DNA of 38,334 nt, taken from contig JBGPXN010000026.1 in the NCBI GenBank assembly GCA_041492755.1, forward strand, positions 1 through 38,334, written 5' to 3'. Numbering within the stretch: the first letter of the stretch is position 1; each line of letters begins with the position of its first letter. Under the pieces are notes generated by a model. It ran no database searches, had not been told where the DNA came from, and worked only from the letters and a program-made list of their open reading frames with translations. Of this stretch, positions 8,910 through 23,760 are shown piece after piece. Position numbers and translations under genes: made by a program. This stretch comes from Candidatus Methylomirabilia bacterium (lineage in GTDB: Bacteria > Methylomirabilota > Methylomirabilia > Rokubacteriales > CSP1-6).

Positions 8910-9898
8910 CGGCGTCCGAACTTCGTCTCGACCGTCGCCACGATCTCGGCGATGCGATGCGCGATCGTGTGCTCGGCCAGCGCGCGGCGCCGCGCGTTCT
9001 CACCGATCGCCCGCGCCTCCTCGGGCCGCGCCAGGTAGTGGTCGAGCTGGCGCCGGAGGTCGGCGAGATCACGGTACGTGAGCAGCTCCTCGCCCGGCTT
9101 GAACAGCGTGGCCAGGTCGTCCTTGGCGTCGGCGATCTGGCCGGCGCCGGCCGCGGCCAGCTCGAAGGTGCGGGTGTTCGTCCCCACGATGTCGTTGATG
9201 GGATGGTGCGGATTCAAGGCGAGCGTCGATCCGGAGTAGACACACAGCTTGTCCCGGCCCCACACCGGCCCGCCCGCCACCAGCGCGCGCACCCGTGCGT
9301 CCGACGCGCGCGCCCATCCGTCCCCCCACACGCGCAACGGACGGTCCGCCAGCTCCGCGAGCAGCCGCTCGCGGTACGGATAGCGGCTGCCCACGAACGC
9401 GATGGGCGCCGCGAAGCGCGCCTGCTCGGCCGACGTCAGCGTGACCGGGTGATGAAGCTCGGGCACACAGTAGAGCGGCAGGTAGTGCACGTTCCGGAGA
9501 CCGACCCGACGCAGGCTCTCGAGGGCGTAGCGCTCCTTGGTGAAGAACAGGTCGTACGCTTCGATGCATTCGAACGGGATCATCCAGAGGGGGTTGTCGG
9601 GGAAAAAATTCAGGAAGAGTGCGTCGACCCGCCGGCGGAGGCGGCTGATGAAGTCGGGCGGGATGGGGCCACCCTTGATGACGAGCACGAGCGACGGGCG
9701 CCACTCCACCGCGGTGCGCCCGAGTCGGCGCAGGATGAGGCGCTGGTAGACGCTCTTGCTCCCGCGATTCTTGTAGAGGGGGTTGTCGCGGCGGTAGGCG
9801 AAGAGCCGGACGTCGTGCCCGTGCGCGCGCAGCTCGTCGGCGAAGTCGACACCCATGTGCCCCGGCCGATCGTACTGCGTCACGATGAGCCAGCGCAT
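8906..9898 (-). CDS. Glycosyltransferase, CgeB-like (GT-B)
   Basis: FPDNP, FVGS.Y.YR, VWG.GW, N.RTFE.AA.G, F.PG.E...Y, EHT..HR; ATG 9898 (or 9913). Confidence 0.85.
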   Translation of the reverse strand: MRWLIVTQYDRPGHMGVDFADELRAHGHDVRLFAYRRDNPLYKNRGSKSVYQRLILRRLGRTAVEWRPSLVLVIKGGPIPPDFISRLRRRVDALFLNFFPDNPLWMIPFECIEAYDLFFTKERYALESLRRVGLRNVHYLPLYCVPELHHPVTLTSAEQARFAAPIAFVGSRYPYRERLLAELADRPLRVWGDGWARASDARVRALVAGGPVWGRDKLCVYSGSTLALNPHHPINDIVGTNTRTFELAAAGAGQIADAKDDLATLFKPGEELLTYRDLADLRRQLDHYLARPEEARAIGENARRRALAEHTIAHRIAEIVATVETKFGRR

Positions 9899-9976
9899 GG
9901 CGTAGCCTAGCATGCGGGCCCACGGTATGGTGGCGGTCCACGAGTCCCTCAGCCGATCGCTGAGGGCGGCGATGGG

Positions 9977-11026
9977 CTACGCGGCGGAGGCTTCGGCGCG
10001 GCGGAAGCGCGCCGCGAAGAGCGGATCGAACAGCGCTGCCGTCGCGACCAGCGCGGCGTTGGCTCCCTCGCGAAGGATCCAGACGGCGCGCTCCGGTGAC
10101 GTGATCCCACCGACGGCGAGCACCGCATGCGGCCACGCCCCGGCCTTCCGCCAGGCGAGCATCTCTTCCACCTGCCGGGATGCCACGGGGAACGTCGCCG
10201 CGCCGACGACGTCGGCGGCCTCCCGCCCGGTGCCTTCGAACGCGACGTCGCCCTCGTCGGTCACCACGCGCCGGTGGATGCTGTGGACGAGCTCGAAGCC
10301 GTCGCACCACGGGGAGAGCTTGGTCGCCGTTTCGTGCAAGGCGCGCGGCGTCTTGAACGGTCCGAGCTTGGCGACGAGCGGGACCGAGACGCGGGTGCGG
10401 ATCCGGTAGAGGATTTGCGCGGAGAGCGGAATGCTTTCGTGGATCATCTGGCCCACGTCGCCGAACGCGTTGGGCATCGCCAGGTGCGCCTCCACGACGT
10501 CGGCGCCGGCGTCGGCGGCCCAGGCCGCACATCGCGCGTAGTCCTCGATGAGACTCTCGGCGTCGCCGCCGATGTCAGGTGTTCCCAGGACGCTGACGAT
10601 CAGGATTTTCCCGACACCGATCCGCTCGCGCGCCCGTCGGACGTCGCGCCGCCACACGTCCGGCTCCATCGACGGCAGGCCGAGCGACACGGCGATGGTC
10701 GGCGAGCCGTTGACGTGCGGACGCCGGGCCGCCACCGCCATGTGCTCCTGGTTATCGACGTGGCGGATGTTGGGACGCGCGTGCGCCGGTTGGAACCGCG
10801 AGCGGACGGTGGCATAGGTGAGGACGTCGAAGCCGAGACGAGCGTAGCCCTCGATCCACTTGGAGTTCAGCAGCGGTCCGGATGCGATGCCGAGCGCCGA
10901 GTTCAGCGTGCGACCGAAGAGACGAGCGTCGGTGCCCGGGGGTAGACGGCGAATCCGCGGCAGCGTGGGGGCGTGCGCGTAATTCCATGCGTACGAGCGA
11001 TCGACCCGGTAAACCAGCGTGGAAAT
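9977..11026 (-). CDS. Dihydroorotate dehydrogenase-like TIM-barrel protein with degenerate active-site motifs
   Basis: Frame is open from 11083; the translated extension gives YRVDRSY.WNY...GIASGPLLNSKW..GFDVLTYATVRS, then IVSV.G, PL.AKLG, GGI.S. No ATG/GTG/TTG until 10741; candidate ATT start at 11026 after AAAGGAG. Confidence 0.7.
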   Translation of the reverse strand: MSTLVYRVDRSYAWNYAHAPTLPRIRRLPPGTDARLFGRTLNSALGIASGPLLNSKWIEGYARLGFDVLTYATVRSRFQPAHARPNIRHVDNQEHMAVAARRPHVNGSPTIAVSLGLPSMEPDVWRRDVRRARERIGVGKILIVSVLGTPDIGGDAESLIEDYARCAAWAADAGADVVEAHLAMPNAFGDVGQMIHESIPLSAQILYRIRTRVSVPLVAKLGPFKTPRALHETATKLSPWCDGFELVHSIHRRVVTDEGDVAFEGTGREAADVVGAATFPVASRQVEEMLAWRKAGAWPHAVLAVGGITSPERAVWILREGANAALVATAALFDPLFAARFRRAEASAA

Positions 11027-11185
11027 TCGAGACCACTCCTTTCGCCGCTCGGCGGAAGCGACAAAGTTCAGTATATCAGATAGTTACAAGTCCGGTCGCT
11101 TGGTCCGACCTTTGGACGCCGGTGCGGCCAAAAATGACAGACGGATCGCGGGCTTCCGGCGACAATCCACCGTGGCGCAGCGTCC

Positions 11186-11770
11186 ATGAACGCCTACCTC
11201 CTGGCCCGGCTCCTCGCGAGCTTTCTGGTCGGTTCGATCCCCTTCGCCGTCGTCGCCATGTGGGGCACCGGCATCGACGTCCGGAAGGCGGGATCGGGCA
11301 ACCCGGGTTTCAACAACGTGCTCCGCGTCGGAACGAAGTGGCGCGCCGTCATTGCCCTGATCGGTGACGTCGGCAAGGGCACGGTGGCGCTGGCGCTGCT
11401 GTCGCAGCCCGCTGATCGGCCCGCGGTCTGGTGGGGCCTGGGACTCGCCGCCGTGCTCGGGCATTGCTTCAGCCCGTTCCTCGGGTTCAACGGCGGCAAA
11501 GGCGTGGCGACGACGGTCGGGGTTCTGGTCTTCCTCGATTGGCGCATCACGGTGGTCGCGCTGCCGCTTTACCCGATCCTCCGGAAGCTCGGCCGCCGCC
11601 GTGGCTGGTCACAGGAAGGTGCCATCGCCTCGCTCATCACCATGACCGTGATCACGCTCGCGGTGCTGGTGATCCGCGGGCCGGAAGCGGGCGGCTTCGC
11701 CGTGCTCATGCTGGGCATCGTCGCGCTTCGCCACCGCGCGAACCTCAAAGCGGTGTTCGCGGCCGGCTGA
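11186..11770 (+). CDS. plsY: Glycerol-3-phosphate acyltransferase PlsY
   Basis: GSIPF, D.R..GSGN.G..NVLR, D..KG, GH.FS.FL.F.GGKGVATT.G, RH..N. Confidence 0.92.
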   Translation: MNAYLLARLLASFLVGSIPFAVVAMWGTGIDVRKAGSGNPGFNNVLRVGTKWRAVIALIGDVGKGTVALALLSQPADRPAVWWGLGLAAVLGHCFSPFLGFNGGKGVATTVGVLVFLDWRITVVALPLYPILRKLGRRRGWSQEGAIASLITMTVITLAVLVIRGPEAGGFAVLMLGIVALRHRANLKAVFAAG

Positions 11771-11784
11771 AGCGGGCGCTCGGC

Positions 11785-13062
11785 TCATCCGATGGCTGGC
11801 CGGCCTTCGTCCAGGTCGGCGCGTCGAGCCTCGCGCACGAACAGCACGATCGCGGTCACCACCACCGCGGCCGCGCTGAACGCGAGTGACCAGTGCACGT
11901 CGATGACGGCGCCGAGCACGCCGACCGTGAGGCCGCTGCCGGCCCGGAGCCCGAGGACCGCCGTGTTGAACAGGCCGACGACGCGGCCGCGCAGGCGCGC
12001 CGGCGCCAGCACCTGCACCAGCGTCTGGGCCATCGACGTGAACGCGACGTTGAGCGCGCCGGCCACGACGAGCAGCGCAATGGCGGCGCCATAGTTCGCG
12101 GTGAGGGCGAACAGCGCCATCGTGACGCCCCAGGCGCCGGCGCAGATGGTGGCCGTCCGGGCGCTCGGGCGGAGCAAGTTCAGGCTTTCGAGGAGCACGG
12201 CGCCGACGACGGCACCGACCGCGTTGGCGGCGAGCAACGCGCTGTACCAGCCGCCGGCGTCGTCGGCGCCCAGATGATGCGCGTACTCCGGCATCTGGGC
12301 CTGGAATGCATTTCCCACGAAGAACGACGTCGCGCCGCCAAGCAGGATCATGGTGCCCAGCCGGCGGTCCGCCCGGACCTCGGCGAAGATCCGGAACGGC
12401 TCCGTGAGCCCGAAGCCCGAGCGCGCCGGCCGTTGCACTCGCTGGCCGTGGCCGGTGTAGGGCAGGAGCAGCAAGAAGATCGTCAGCGGTAGATAGATGA
12501 GGACGTTGGCGAGAAGGCCCCAGGCCGGACCCAGGAGCAGCATGAGGCCGCCGCCCACGGCGGGACCGAGCAGGATGGACAAATTTCGGCTGCTGGCGTT
12601 GAGGCGGATTGCGCTCTGCAGCTGCGGGGTGCCGACCATGTCGTGCAGAATGAGCTGCGTGGCCGGGCCGCCCACGACCCCCGCCGCTCCGTGGATCAGC
12701 AAGATCGCGACGGCGTGCCACATCTGGAGCGTGCCGGTGAGGAAGAGCAGGCCCCACGCGACCGAGGCGAGCATGAAGAGGAATTGCCCGGCCTGGATGA
12801 GCTTCCGGCAGTCGTAGCGGTCGGCGAGCGTCCCCGTGTACACCGAAAACAAGAGGAACGGCACCCAGTGACTGATGACGGCGAACCCGGCGAGGGTCGG
12901 GGAGTGGAACGCCTGAAAGATGACCCAGTAGCTGATGACGTGCTCGATGTTGTCGGCCGTCTGCGCGAGCAGGCTGAAGATGAAGTAGCGGCGGTAGTCG
13001 GCGAAGTGGAGGGCCGCGAACCGGGGCGCGAGCCCGGCGGCGGCGGACACGGGACGGCTCAC
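11785..13062 (-). CDS. MFS transporter
   Basis: About 12 hydrophobic segments, 'G.LADRYD.RKL' motif A, 'P..LRGRV.G'; start approximate (GTG 13062). Confidence 0.9.
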   Translation of the reverse strand: MSRPVSAAAGLAPRFAALHFADYRRYFIFSLLAQTADNIEHVISYWVIFQAFHSPTLAGFAVISHWVPFLLFSVYTGTLADRYDCRKLIQAGQFLFMLASVAWGLLFLTGTLQMWHAVAILLIHGAAGVVGGPATQLILHDMVGTPQLQSAIRLNASSRNLSILLGPAVGGGLMLLLGPAWGLLANVLIYLPLTIFLLLLPYTGHGQRVQRPARSGFGLTEPFRIFAEVRADRRLGTMILLGGATSFFVGNAFQAQMPEYAHHLGADDAGGWYSALLAANAVGAVVGAVLLESLNLLRPSARTATICAGAWGVTMALFALTANYGAAIALLVVAGALNVAFTSMAQTLVQVLAPARLRGRVVGLFNTAVLGLRAGSGLTVGVLGAVIDVHWSLAFSAAAVVVTAIVLFVREARRADLDEGRPAIG

Positions 13063-13244
13063 GGGGCGGATCGTACCATCATCTACAAGTACCGCCCGCT
13101 CGTGGCCGACTTCATGGCGCAGCACGTGCGGGCCTGACCCGCGTCGACCAGCCGCCCCGGGGCCAGCGGGGGATCGAAGAACCTCGGGTATCCTATTCGG
13201 CGCTGCCGGGGACCGAAGTCCTCGCAGCCAGGAGCCCTTGACCC

Positions 13245-14267
13245 ATGGAATTCGGTCTCTTCACGGAGTTCCAGTGCCCGGCCGGAATGACGGAAGCGAC
13301 GGCGTTCGAGGAATCGATGGCGCAGATGCGCGCGGCCGAGGCCCTCGGCTTCGACGCCGTGTGGCTGGGCGAGATCCACTTCCAGAAGGACCGCTCGGTG
13401 CTCGCCTCGCCGCTCGTCATCGCGGCCGCCGTGGCCACCGCCACCACGCGGGTGAAGATCGGCATCGCCGTCCAGGTCCTGCCGCTGAGTCACCCGCTGC
13501 ACCTGGCCGAAGACGTGGCCACCGTCGATCACCTGTCGCGGGGCCGGCTCGATTTCGGCGTGGGCCGGAGCGGCCTGCCCGAGCACTACCTCGGGTTCAA
13601 CATCCCCTACAGCGAAAGCCGCGATCGCTTCTTCGAAACGCTCGACATCCTCCTGAAGGCGTGGACGCAGGAGCGGTTCTCGCACGAGGGAAAGTACTAC
13701 CAGTTCCGCGACGTGTGCGTGATGCCCAAGCCCTATCAGAAGCCGCACCCGCCGCTGCGCCTCGCCGCCACCACCCAGGAGACGTATCCGATGGTCGGGC
13801 AGCTCGGCTATCCGATCTTCGTGGCCGTGCGGACGAGCCCCATCTCCGAGCTCAAGCGCTTCATCGGCGGATACCACGAGGCGTGGCGGACCGCGGGGCA
13901 TCCGGGTCGCGGCGAAGTCGCGCTCCTGATTCCCGTCTACGTCGCGGAGACCACCCGGCGGGCGCGCGACGAGGCCGAGGCCAGCACCATGCTCTGGTTT
14001 CGGACCATCGTCGAGGCGCTGAAGAAATCCCCCGCGCGCCAGGAGCTGGTGGCCCGCCTCGCGGCCCTGACCTACGAGGACGTCCTGGCCGAGCTGGCCA
14101 TCTACGGAACGGTCGAGGAAGTGACGGAACGGCTGCAGGCCCTACGCGAAGCGCTCGGGTTCTCCAGCCTCTCCGCGTGGATGAACGTCGGCGGCCACAT
14201 TCCCCACGCCCGCGTCCTGAACTCGATGCGGTTGTTCGCCGACCGCGTGATGCCGCAGCTCGCGTGA
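13245..14267 (+). CDS. LLM-class flavin-dependent oxidoreductase
   Basis: AE.LGFD.VWLGEIHF, HPL.LAED.AT.D.LS.GRLDFGVGR, PKP.QKPHPP. Confidence 0.92.
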   Translation: MEFGLFTEFQCPAGMTEATAFEESMAQMRAAEALGFDAVWLGEIHFQKDRSVLASPLVIAAAVATATTRVKIGIAVQVLPLSHPLHLAEDVATVDHLSRGRLDFGVGRSGLPEHYLGFNIPYSESRDRFFETLDILLKAWTQERFSHEGKYYQFRDVCVMPKPYQKPHPPLRLAATTQETYPMVGQLGYPIFVAVRTSPISELKRFIGGYHEAWRTAGHPGRGEVALLIPVYVAETTRRARDEAEASTMLWFRTIVEALKKSPARQELVARLAALTYEDVLAELAIYGTVEEVTERLQALREALGFSSLSAWMNVGGHIPHARVLNSMRLFADRVMPQLA

Positions 14268-14312
14268 CCGCCACATCACGGCTGAGTAGGCTGCGCTAGT
14301 CACAGGTCGGAG

Positions 14313-14416
14313 TTCGAGAGCGGGGTTCGAGGAGCGGACTTCGAGGAGCGCCCCGGCTCAGCCGGAGCGCTCCGAGCGAAGGGGGGGGTATGGGGGGCCA
14401 TTTCGGGGCCCCCCAT
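14313..14416. repeat. Intergenic palindromic REP/MITE-like repeat, copy 2, with a triplicated 5' end
   Basis: ttcgag(g)agcg at 14313, 14326 and 14340, then the same two-hairpin/G-run body as 97-170. Confidence 0.85.
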
Positions 14417-14420
14417 TCCA

Positions 14421-15299
14421 CTAATTCATCCCGGGGACGAACGGATCGCGGCCGCGCTGATACGTCGGCTGCCGCTGGGCCGAATTGCGGTTGACCAGCG
14501 GGCGCATGTAGAGCGGGCTCAGCAGGCTGCGGACCTCGTGCTCGATCGTGAAGAGGACGCGGCTGCGGTCGCCCTCGGGATCGACGATGTCCTTGAACCG
14601 GTACTGATACCAGTTGCTCTCCTCGGTGACGAGCCCGTGCTCCCTGAGCCAGCGGTGCGGCCCCGAGAAGTTGGCGATGTAGATCTGGACGTGGTGACCG
14701 TCGTAGGCCGGGAGCGGAGCCGACGTCTCGCGGAAGACCAGCTCCTGGTGTGGGCCCACCGTCACGCGCGCCGCCGTGCCGCCGCCGTTGTGCGTCACCG
14801 TCGCCGGAGCGCCGAACGCTTCCCAGTAGAAGCGCCCGATGCCGTCGGCCGTGCCCGTCGGTACGGGAAACTCCACGTAGGGGATGCCCAGGGTCATGTC
14901 GCCGAAGGCGGGGCCGGGCGCGTAGCAGCGGATCTCGTTGCCCCAGGGCGAGACGACACGGACGTACTTGTCCTCCACCGCGCAGTCGAACTTCGTCCCC
15001 GCCAGGCGCGGCTTCACCGCCATCAGGCGCGCCGGTAGCTCCTCGAAGTCGGGGATGACCATGCCCACGTGCCCGCGCAAAACTTGAGGGTCGCCGGTGG
15101 GCAGGTGGAACTGCTGCTGGCCGATGTTGATCCACATGTTCTCGAGGCCCGTCATGAGGTACGGGTCCCGCGTCATGCCCAGGCCCATCACGTAGAAGAG
15201 GGTCGCGACCTGCTGGTCCGGCACCTTCACGTTGACGTGCTCGAGCCCGATGATGTTGCCGACATCCTGCGTGGTGCGATCGTACGTTTGACCCGCCAT
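14421..15299 (-). CDS. VOC/glyoxalase-like hypothetical protein (two-domain)
   Basis: LEHVNV.VPD...A..FY...LG, QFHLP, GHVG, 'SPWGN.I', second-domain H(H)VQIY; SD ggagg before ATG 15299. Confidence 0.6.
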   Translation of the reverse strand: MAGQTYDRTTQDVGNIIGLEHVNVKVPDQQVATLFYVMGLGMTRDPYLMTGLENMWINIGQQQFHLPTGDPQVLRGHVGMVIPDFEELPARLMAVKPRLAGTKFDCAVEDKYVRVVSPWGNEIRCYAPGPAFGDMTLGIPYVEFPVPTGTADGIGRFYWEAFGAPATVTHNGGGTAARVTVGPHQELVFRETSAPLPAYDGHHVQIYIANFSGPHRWLREHGLVTEESNWYQYRFKDIVDPEGDRSRVLFTIEHEVRSLLSPLYMRPLVNRNSAQRQPTYQRGRDPFVPGMN

Positions 15300-15492
15300 G
15301 ACTGGCCTCCTCGGTAGGCTGCGACTCGGACCATAGAGTAACGCGGGTGGCCGGCTGACCGCCACACCTCGGCGCGGGCCCAACCGACAGGGGCCGGCCG
15401 CCTCGCGGGCCACTCTGTCTCGGAGGTCGGGCCCTGCCGCCCGGGATGCGGTGATCGATCTGGGAACCTGGGGGCAGGCCGCTGGAGGGGCG

Positions 15493-15579
15493 ATGACGAC
15501 GATCCGCAGGGTCGCAAGAAAGGGGCTGGGCACGGCGGCGACGTGCGCGGCGCTCTTCCTATCTATCAGCCCGTGGTGA
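15493..15579 (+). pseudogene. 5' stub of an exported-protein gene cut by the IS end
   Basis: GGAGG + ATG; MTTIRRVARKGLGTAATCAALFLSI is signal-peptide-like, then runs into the IS end and stops. Confidence 0.45.
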
Positions 15580-15750
15580 AAGTCCCTGAAAAGGTCGGGC
15601 GCGAAGGCGACGGGATCGTACACTGCCACGTAGGGTCATGGGCACCCGCAAGAGCGAGCAAGCGCCGATGTGGATTCCGACCACCGACCTGCCGGTATCG
15701 CGGGGTCATCCCTTCGATGCGCGGCTGAGCACGATCCTCGACGCGCTCTT
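15567..15750 (+). mobile_element. IS1182-family (DUF772-type) insertion sequence remnant: left end plus ~36 codons of transposase
   Basis: End sequence cagcccgtggtgaaa; ORF at 15638 MGTRKSEQAPMWIPTTDLPVSRGHPFDARLSTILDA resembles the 'W....LP...GHPFY.RL..IL' N-terminus I recall for this family; resemblance is lost afterwards. Confidence 0.7.
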
Positions 15751-15935
15751 CGCGCGCCGCCGTCCCCGGCCTCGTTCGCTACGCGATTCGTACCGGTCTG
15801 ATCAACCCCGACCGGTAACGGGTTTTCCCCCTCGTCTCCGGTCCTTTCCCCCCCTCGCCTCCGGTCTCGACCGTAATCGCTCCCCGGTCTCCGCCCGATT
15901 GTCGCGGTGGGCGGGTCAGCCCGAGTCTAGGGTTC

Positions 15936-16328
15936 GTGCCCGTCAGGGTCCTGCTGGTTGATGACAGTCGGGCCTTCCTCGACTCCGCCGCGCGCTTCCT
16001 CGCCCAGGAGCGTGGGATCGACGTCGTCGGCCGGGTGGAATGCGGCAAGGACGCCCTCGCGGTCGCCGCCCGGCTCGGCCCCGACCTCGTGCTCGTCGAC
16101 ATCGCCATGCCCGGGATGAGCGGCTTCGACGTCGCCCGGCAGATCAAGGCAGGCACGCACATCCCCCGGGTCGTCATCGTCACCCTCCACGACAACCCAC
16201 AGTACCGGGCCCTCGCGGCCCGCACGGCCGACGGCTTCCTGGCCAAAGACGAGCTCGGCGCGCGGATCGTCGCGCTGATCGACTCGCTCTTTCCGGCGGC
16301 CAGGGCGGAGGCCATGCATGGCGGATGA
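15936..16328 (+). CDS. Stand-alone response regulator receiver (NarL-type, no HTH)
   Basis: VLLVDD, PDLVLVDIAMPGMSG, VT.HD, GFLAK. Confidence 0.9.
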   Translation: MPVRVLLVDDSRAFLDSAARFLAQERGIDVVGRVECGKDALAVAARLGPDLVLVDIAMPGMSGFDVARQIKAGTHIPRVVIVTLHDNPQYRALAARTADGFLAKDELGARIVALIDSLFPAARAEAMHGG

Positions 16329-16477
16329 GCCAGGTGCGGCGGCCCATGCCTGATACACGGCAACGCCAGGGGGCAGTTCCGCGAGTTTCTGGAGTTCGTG
16401 CCGGACGCGATCGTGGTCATCGACCGACTCGCGCTGATTGCGAGCTTTTGCCGTCGAGCATGTGAAGGAGGCCGTGC

Positions 16478-16499
<22 letters not shown>
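16325..16499 (+). pseudogene. Frameshifted PAS-domain gene remnant
   Basis: ATGA overlap with the upstream gene; after a G5 run the shifted frame reads QFREFLEFVPDAIVVID (a typical PAS start), then breaks off. Confidence 0.55.
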
Positions 16500-22225
<5,726 letters not shown>

Positions 22226-22226
22226 C

Positions 22227-22625
22227 GTGGCCGGCGAACGCATCCTGATCGTCGACGACAACCCAGTGAACCTCAAGCTCGTCCGCGTTCTGCTCGCGGG
22301 CGAGGGTTACGAGGTGCGGACCGCCTCGGACGCCGAGGAGGCGCTGGCCGTGCTCCAGGCGTTCCTGGCCCGGCTGATCCTCATGGACATCCAGCTCCCG
22401 GGCATGGACGGTCTGGCGCTCACCCGCAAGCTCAAGGAGGACCCGGCGACCCGGGACGCCATCATCCTCGGCCTCACCGCCTACGCGATGAAAGGTGACG
22501 AGGAGCGCGTCCTGGCGGCCGGGTGCGATGGTTACGTCGCGAAGCCGATCGACACGCGGACCTTCCCCGCGCTGGTCGCGCGGTACCTCAGCGGAGCCCC
22601 CGGCGCTGGGGACGGCGGAGGCTAG
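22227..22625 (+). CDS. Single-domain response regulator (DivK/CheY-like)
   Basis: ILIVDDN..NL, ILMDIQLPGMDG, LTAYAMKGD, GCDGYVAKPID. Confidence 0.93.
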   Translation: MAGERILIVDDNPVNLKLVRVLLAGEGYEVRTASDAEEALAVLQAFLARLILMDIQLPGMDGLALTRKLKEDPATRDAIILGLTAYAMKGDEERVLAAGCDGYVAKPIDTRTFPALVARYLSGAPGAGDGGG

Positions 22626-22626
22626 C

Positions 22627-23535
22627 GTGGAACGTCCAAGTGTCCTCGTCGTAGACGACCGGGACATCGACCGCAGGCTCGTGGAGCGCACGCTGACGCT
22701 GGCCAACTACCAGGTGACCGCCGTCGGCAGCGGCGCCGAGGCCGTCGAACTCGTGAAGAGCCGGCTCTTCGACGCCGCCGTGGTGGACCTGCACATGCCG
22801 GGCATGGACGGGCTGACCGTCCTCCGCGAGATCAAGCGCCACGACGCGGGGATCGAGGTCGTCATGATGACCGCCGATCCGACCGTGTCGACGGCGATCG
22901 ACGCGCTGAAGGGCGGGGCCTACGACTACATCGCCAAGCCGCTAAACCTCGAGGAGCTCCGGCTGCTCATGGGCCGCCTCATGGAGCGGAGCGTTCTGAG
23001 GCGCGAGGTCACGACCCTGCGCACGAAGCTTGGTCAGGACCTCACGGTCCGGGAGCTCGTCGGCGATTCGCCCGCGATGACGGCCCTCAAGAGCATCATC
23101 GCGCAGGCCGCGCCCACGAACTCACCGGTGCTGATCGAGGGCGAGAGCGGGACGGGCAAGGAACTGGTGGCGGCGGCGATCCATCGCCTCTCCGCTCGCG
23201 CCAAGGGCCCGTTCATCCCGGTGAACTGCGGCGCCATCCCCAACGACCTGCTCGAGTCCGAGTTCTTCGGTCACATACGGGGCGCCTTCTCCGGTGCCGT
23301 CGCCGACGCCCAGGGACTGTTCCGTTCGGCACACGGCGGGACGATCTTTCTCGACGAGGTGGGCGAGCTGCCGCCGGGTCTCCAGACGAAGCTCCTGCGA
23401 GTGCTGCAGGACTCCGAGGTCCGGCCCGTCGGCTCCACGAAGACCTACACGGTCGACGTGCGCGTCATCTCCGCCACGAACCGCGGGCTGGACGTCCTTC
23501 GCGCTCGCCTGGAGTGCCAGGAGGCGGTGGCATGA
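22627..23535 (+). pseudogene. C-terminally truncated NtrC-family sigma54 activator
   Basis: REC + GESGTGKE + ESEFFGH..GAFSGA + FLDEVGEL + ISATNR, then unrelated sequence and stop; no FRxDLxxRL arginine fingers, no Fis HTH. Confidence 0.85.
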
Positions 23536-23694
23536 GGATCCGCGCGATCTTCGTCGCTCTCGCGCTTGGCGTTCTCGCGACGCCGGCGTGGGGGGGAAAT
23601 CGCCTACGTGGGGTCGTCGACCATCGGCGACTACATCGTTCCGGATGTGTTCGAGAAGCTCGGTGACCGGGTCACCCGGCTGCTGGCGGACTGA
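23532..23694 (+). pseudogene. Frameshifted stub of an exported substrate-binding (PstS/PBP-like) protein
   Basis: SD + ATGA overlap; MRIRAIFVALALGVLATPAWG signal peptide, G7 run, shifted frame EIAYVGSSTIGDYIVP. Confidence 0.5.
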
Positions 23695-23760
23695 CCGTGA
23701 AATCGCCCGTACGCCGCCGCCCGCTGCCGACCGTCCGGACGTGGCTGCTCGCGGTGCCGG

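Noticed and set aside
10752..11036. 94-aa ORF as a separate gene, or as a frameshifted first part of the DHOD-like gene
   Set aside because: The family-like motifs lie in the other, continuous frame, and its GTG overlaps the SD
15751..15961. Remainder of the 107-aa ORF as a transposase
   Set aside because: Transposase resemblance ends near codon 36; the rest reads through non-coding upstream DNA of the regulator
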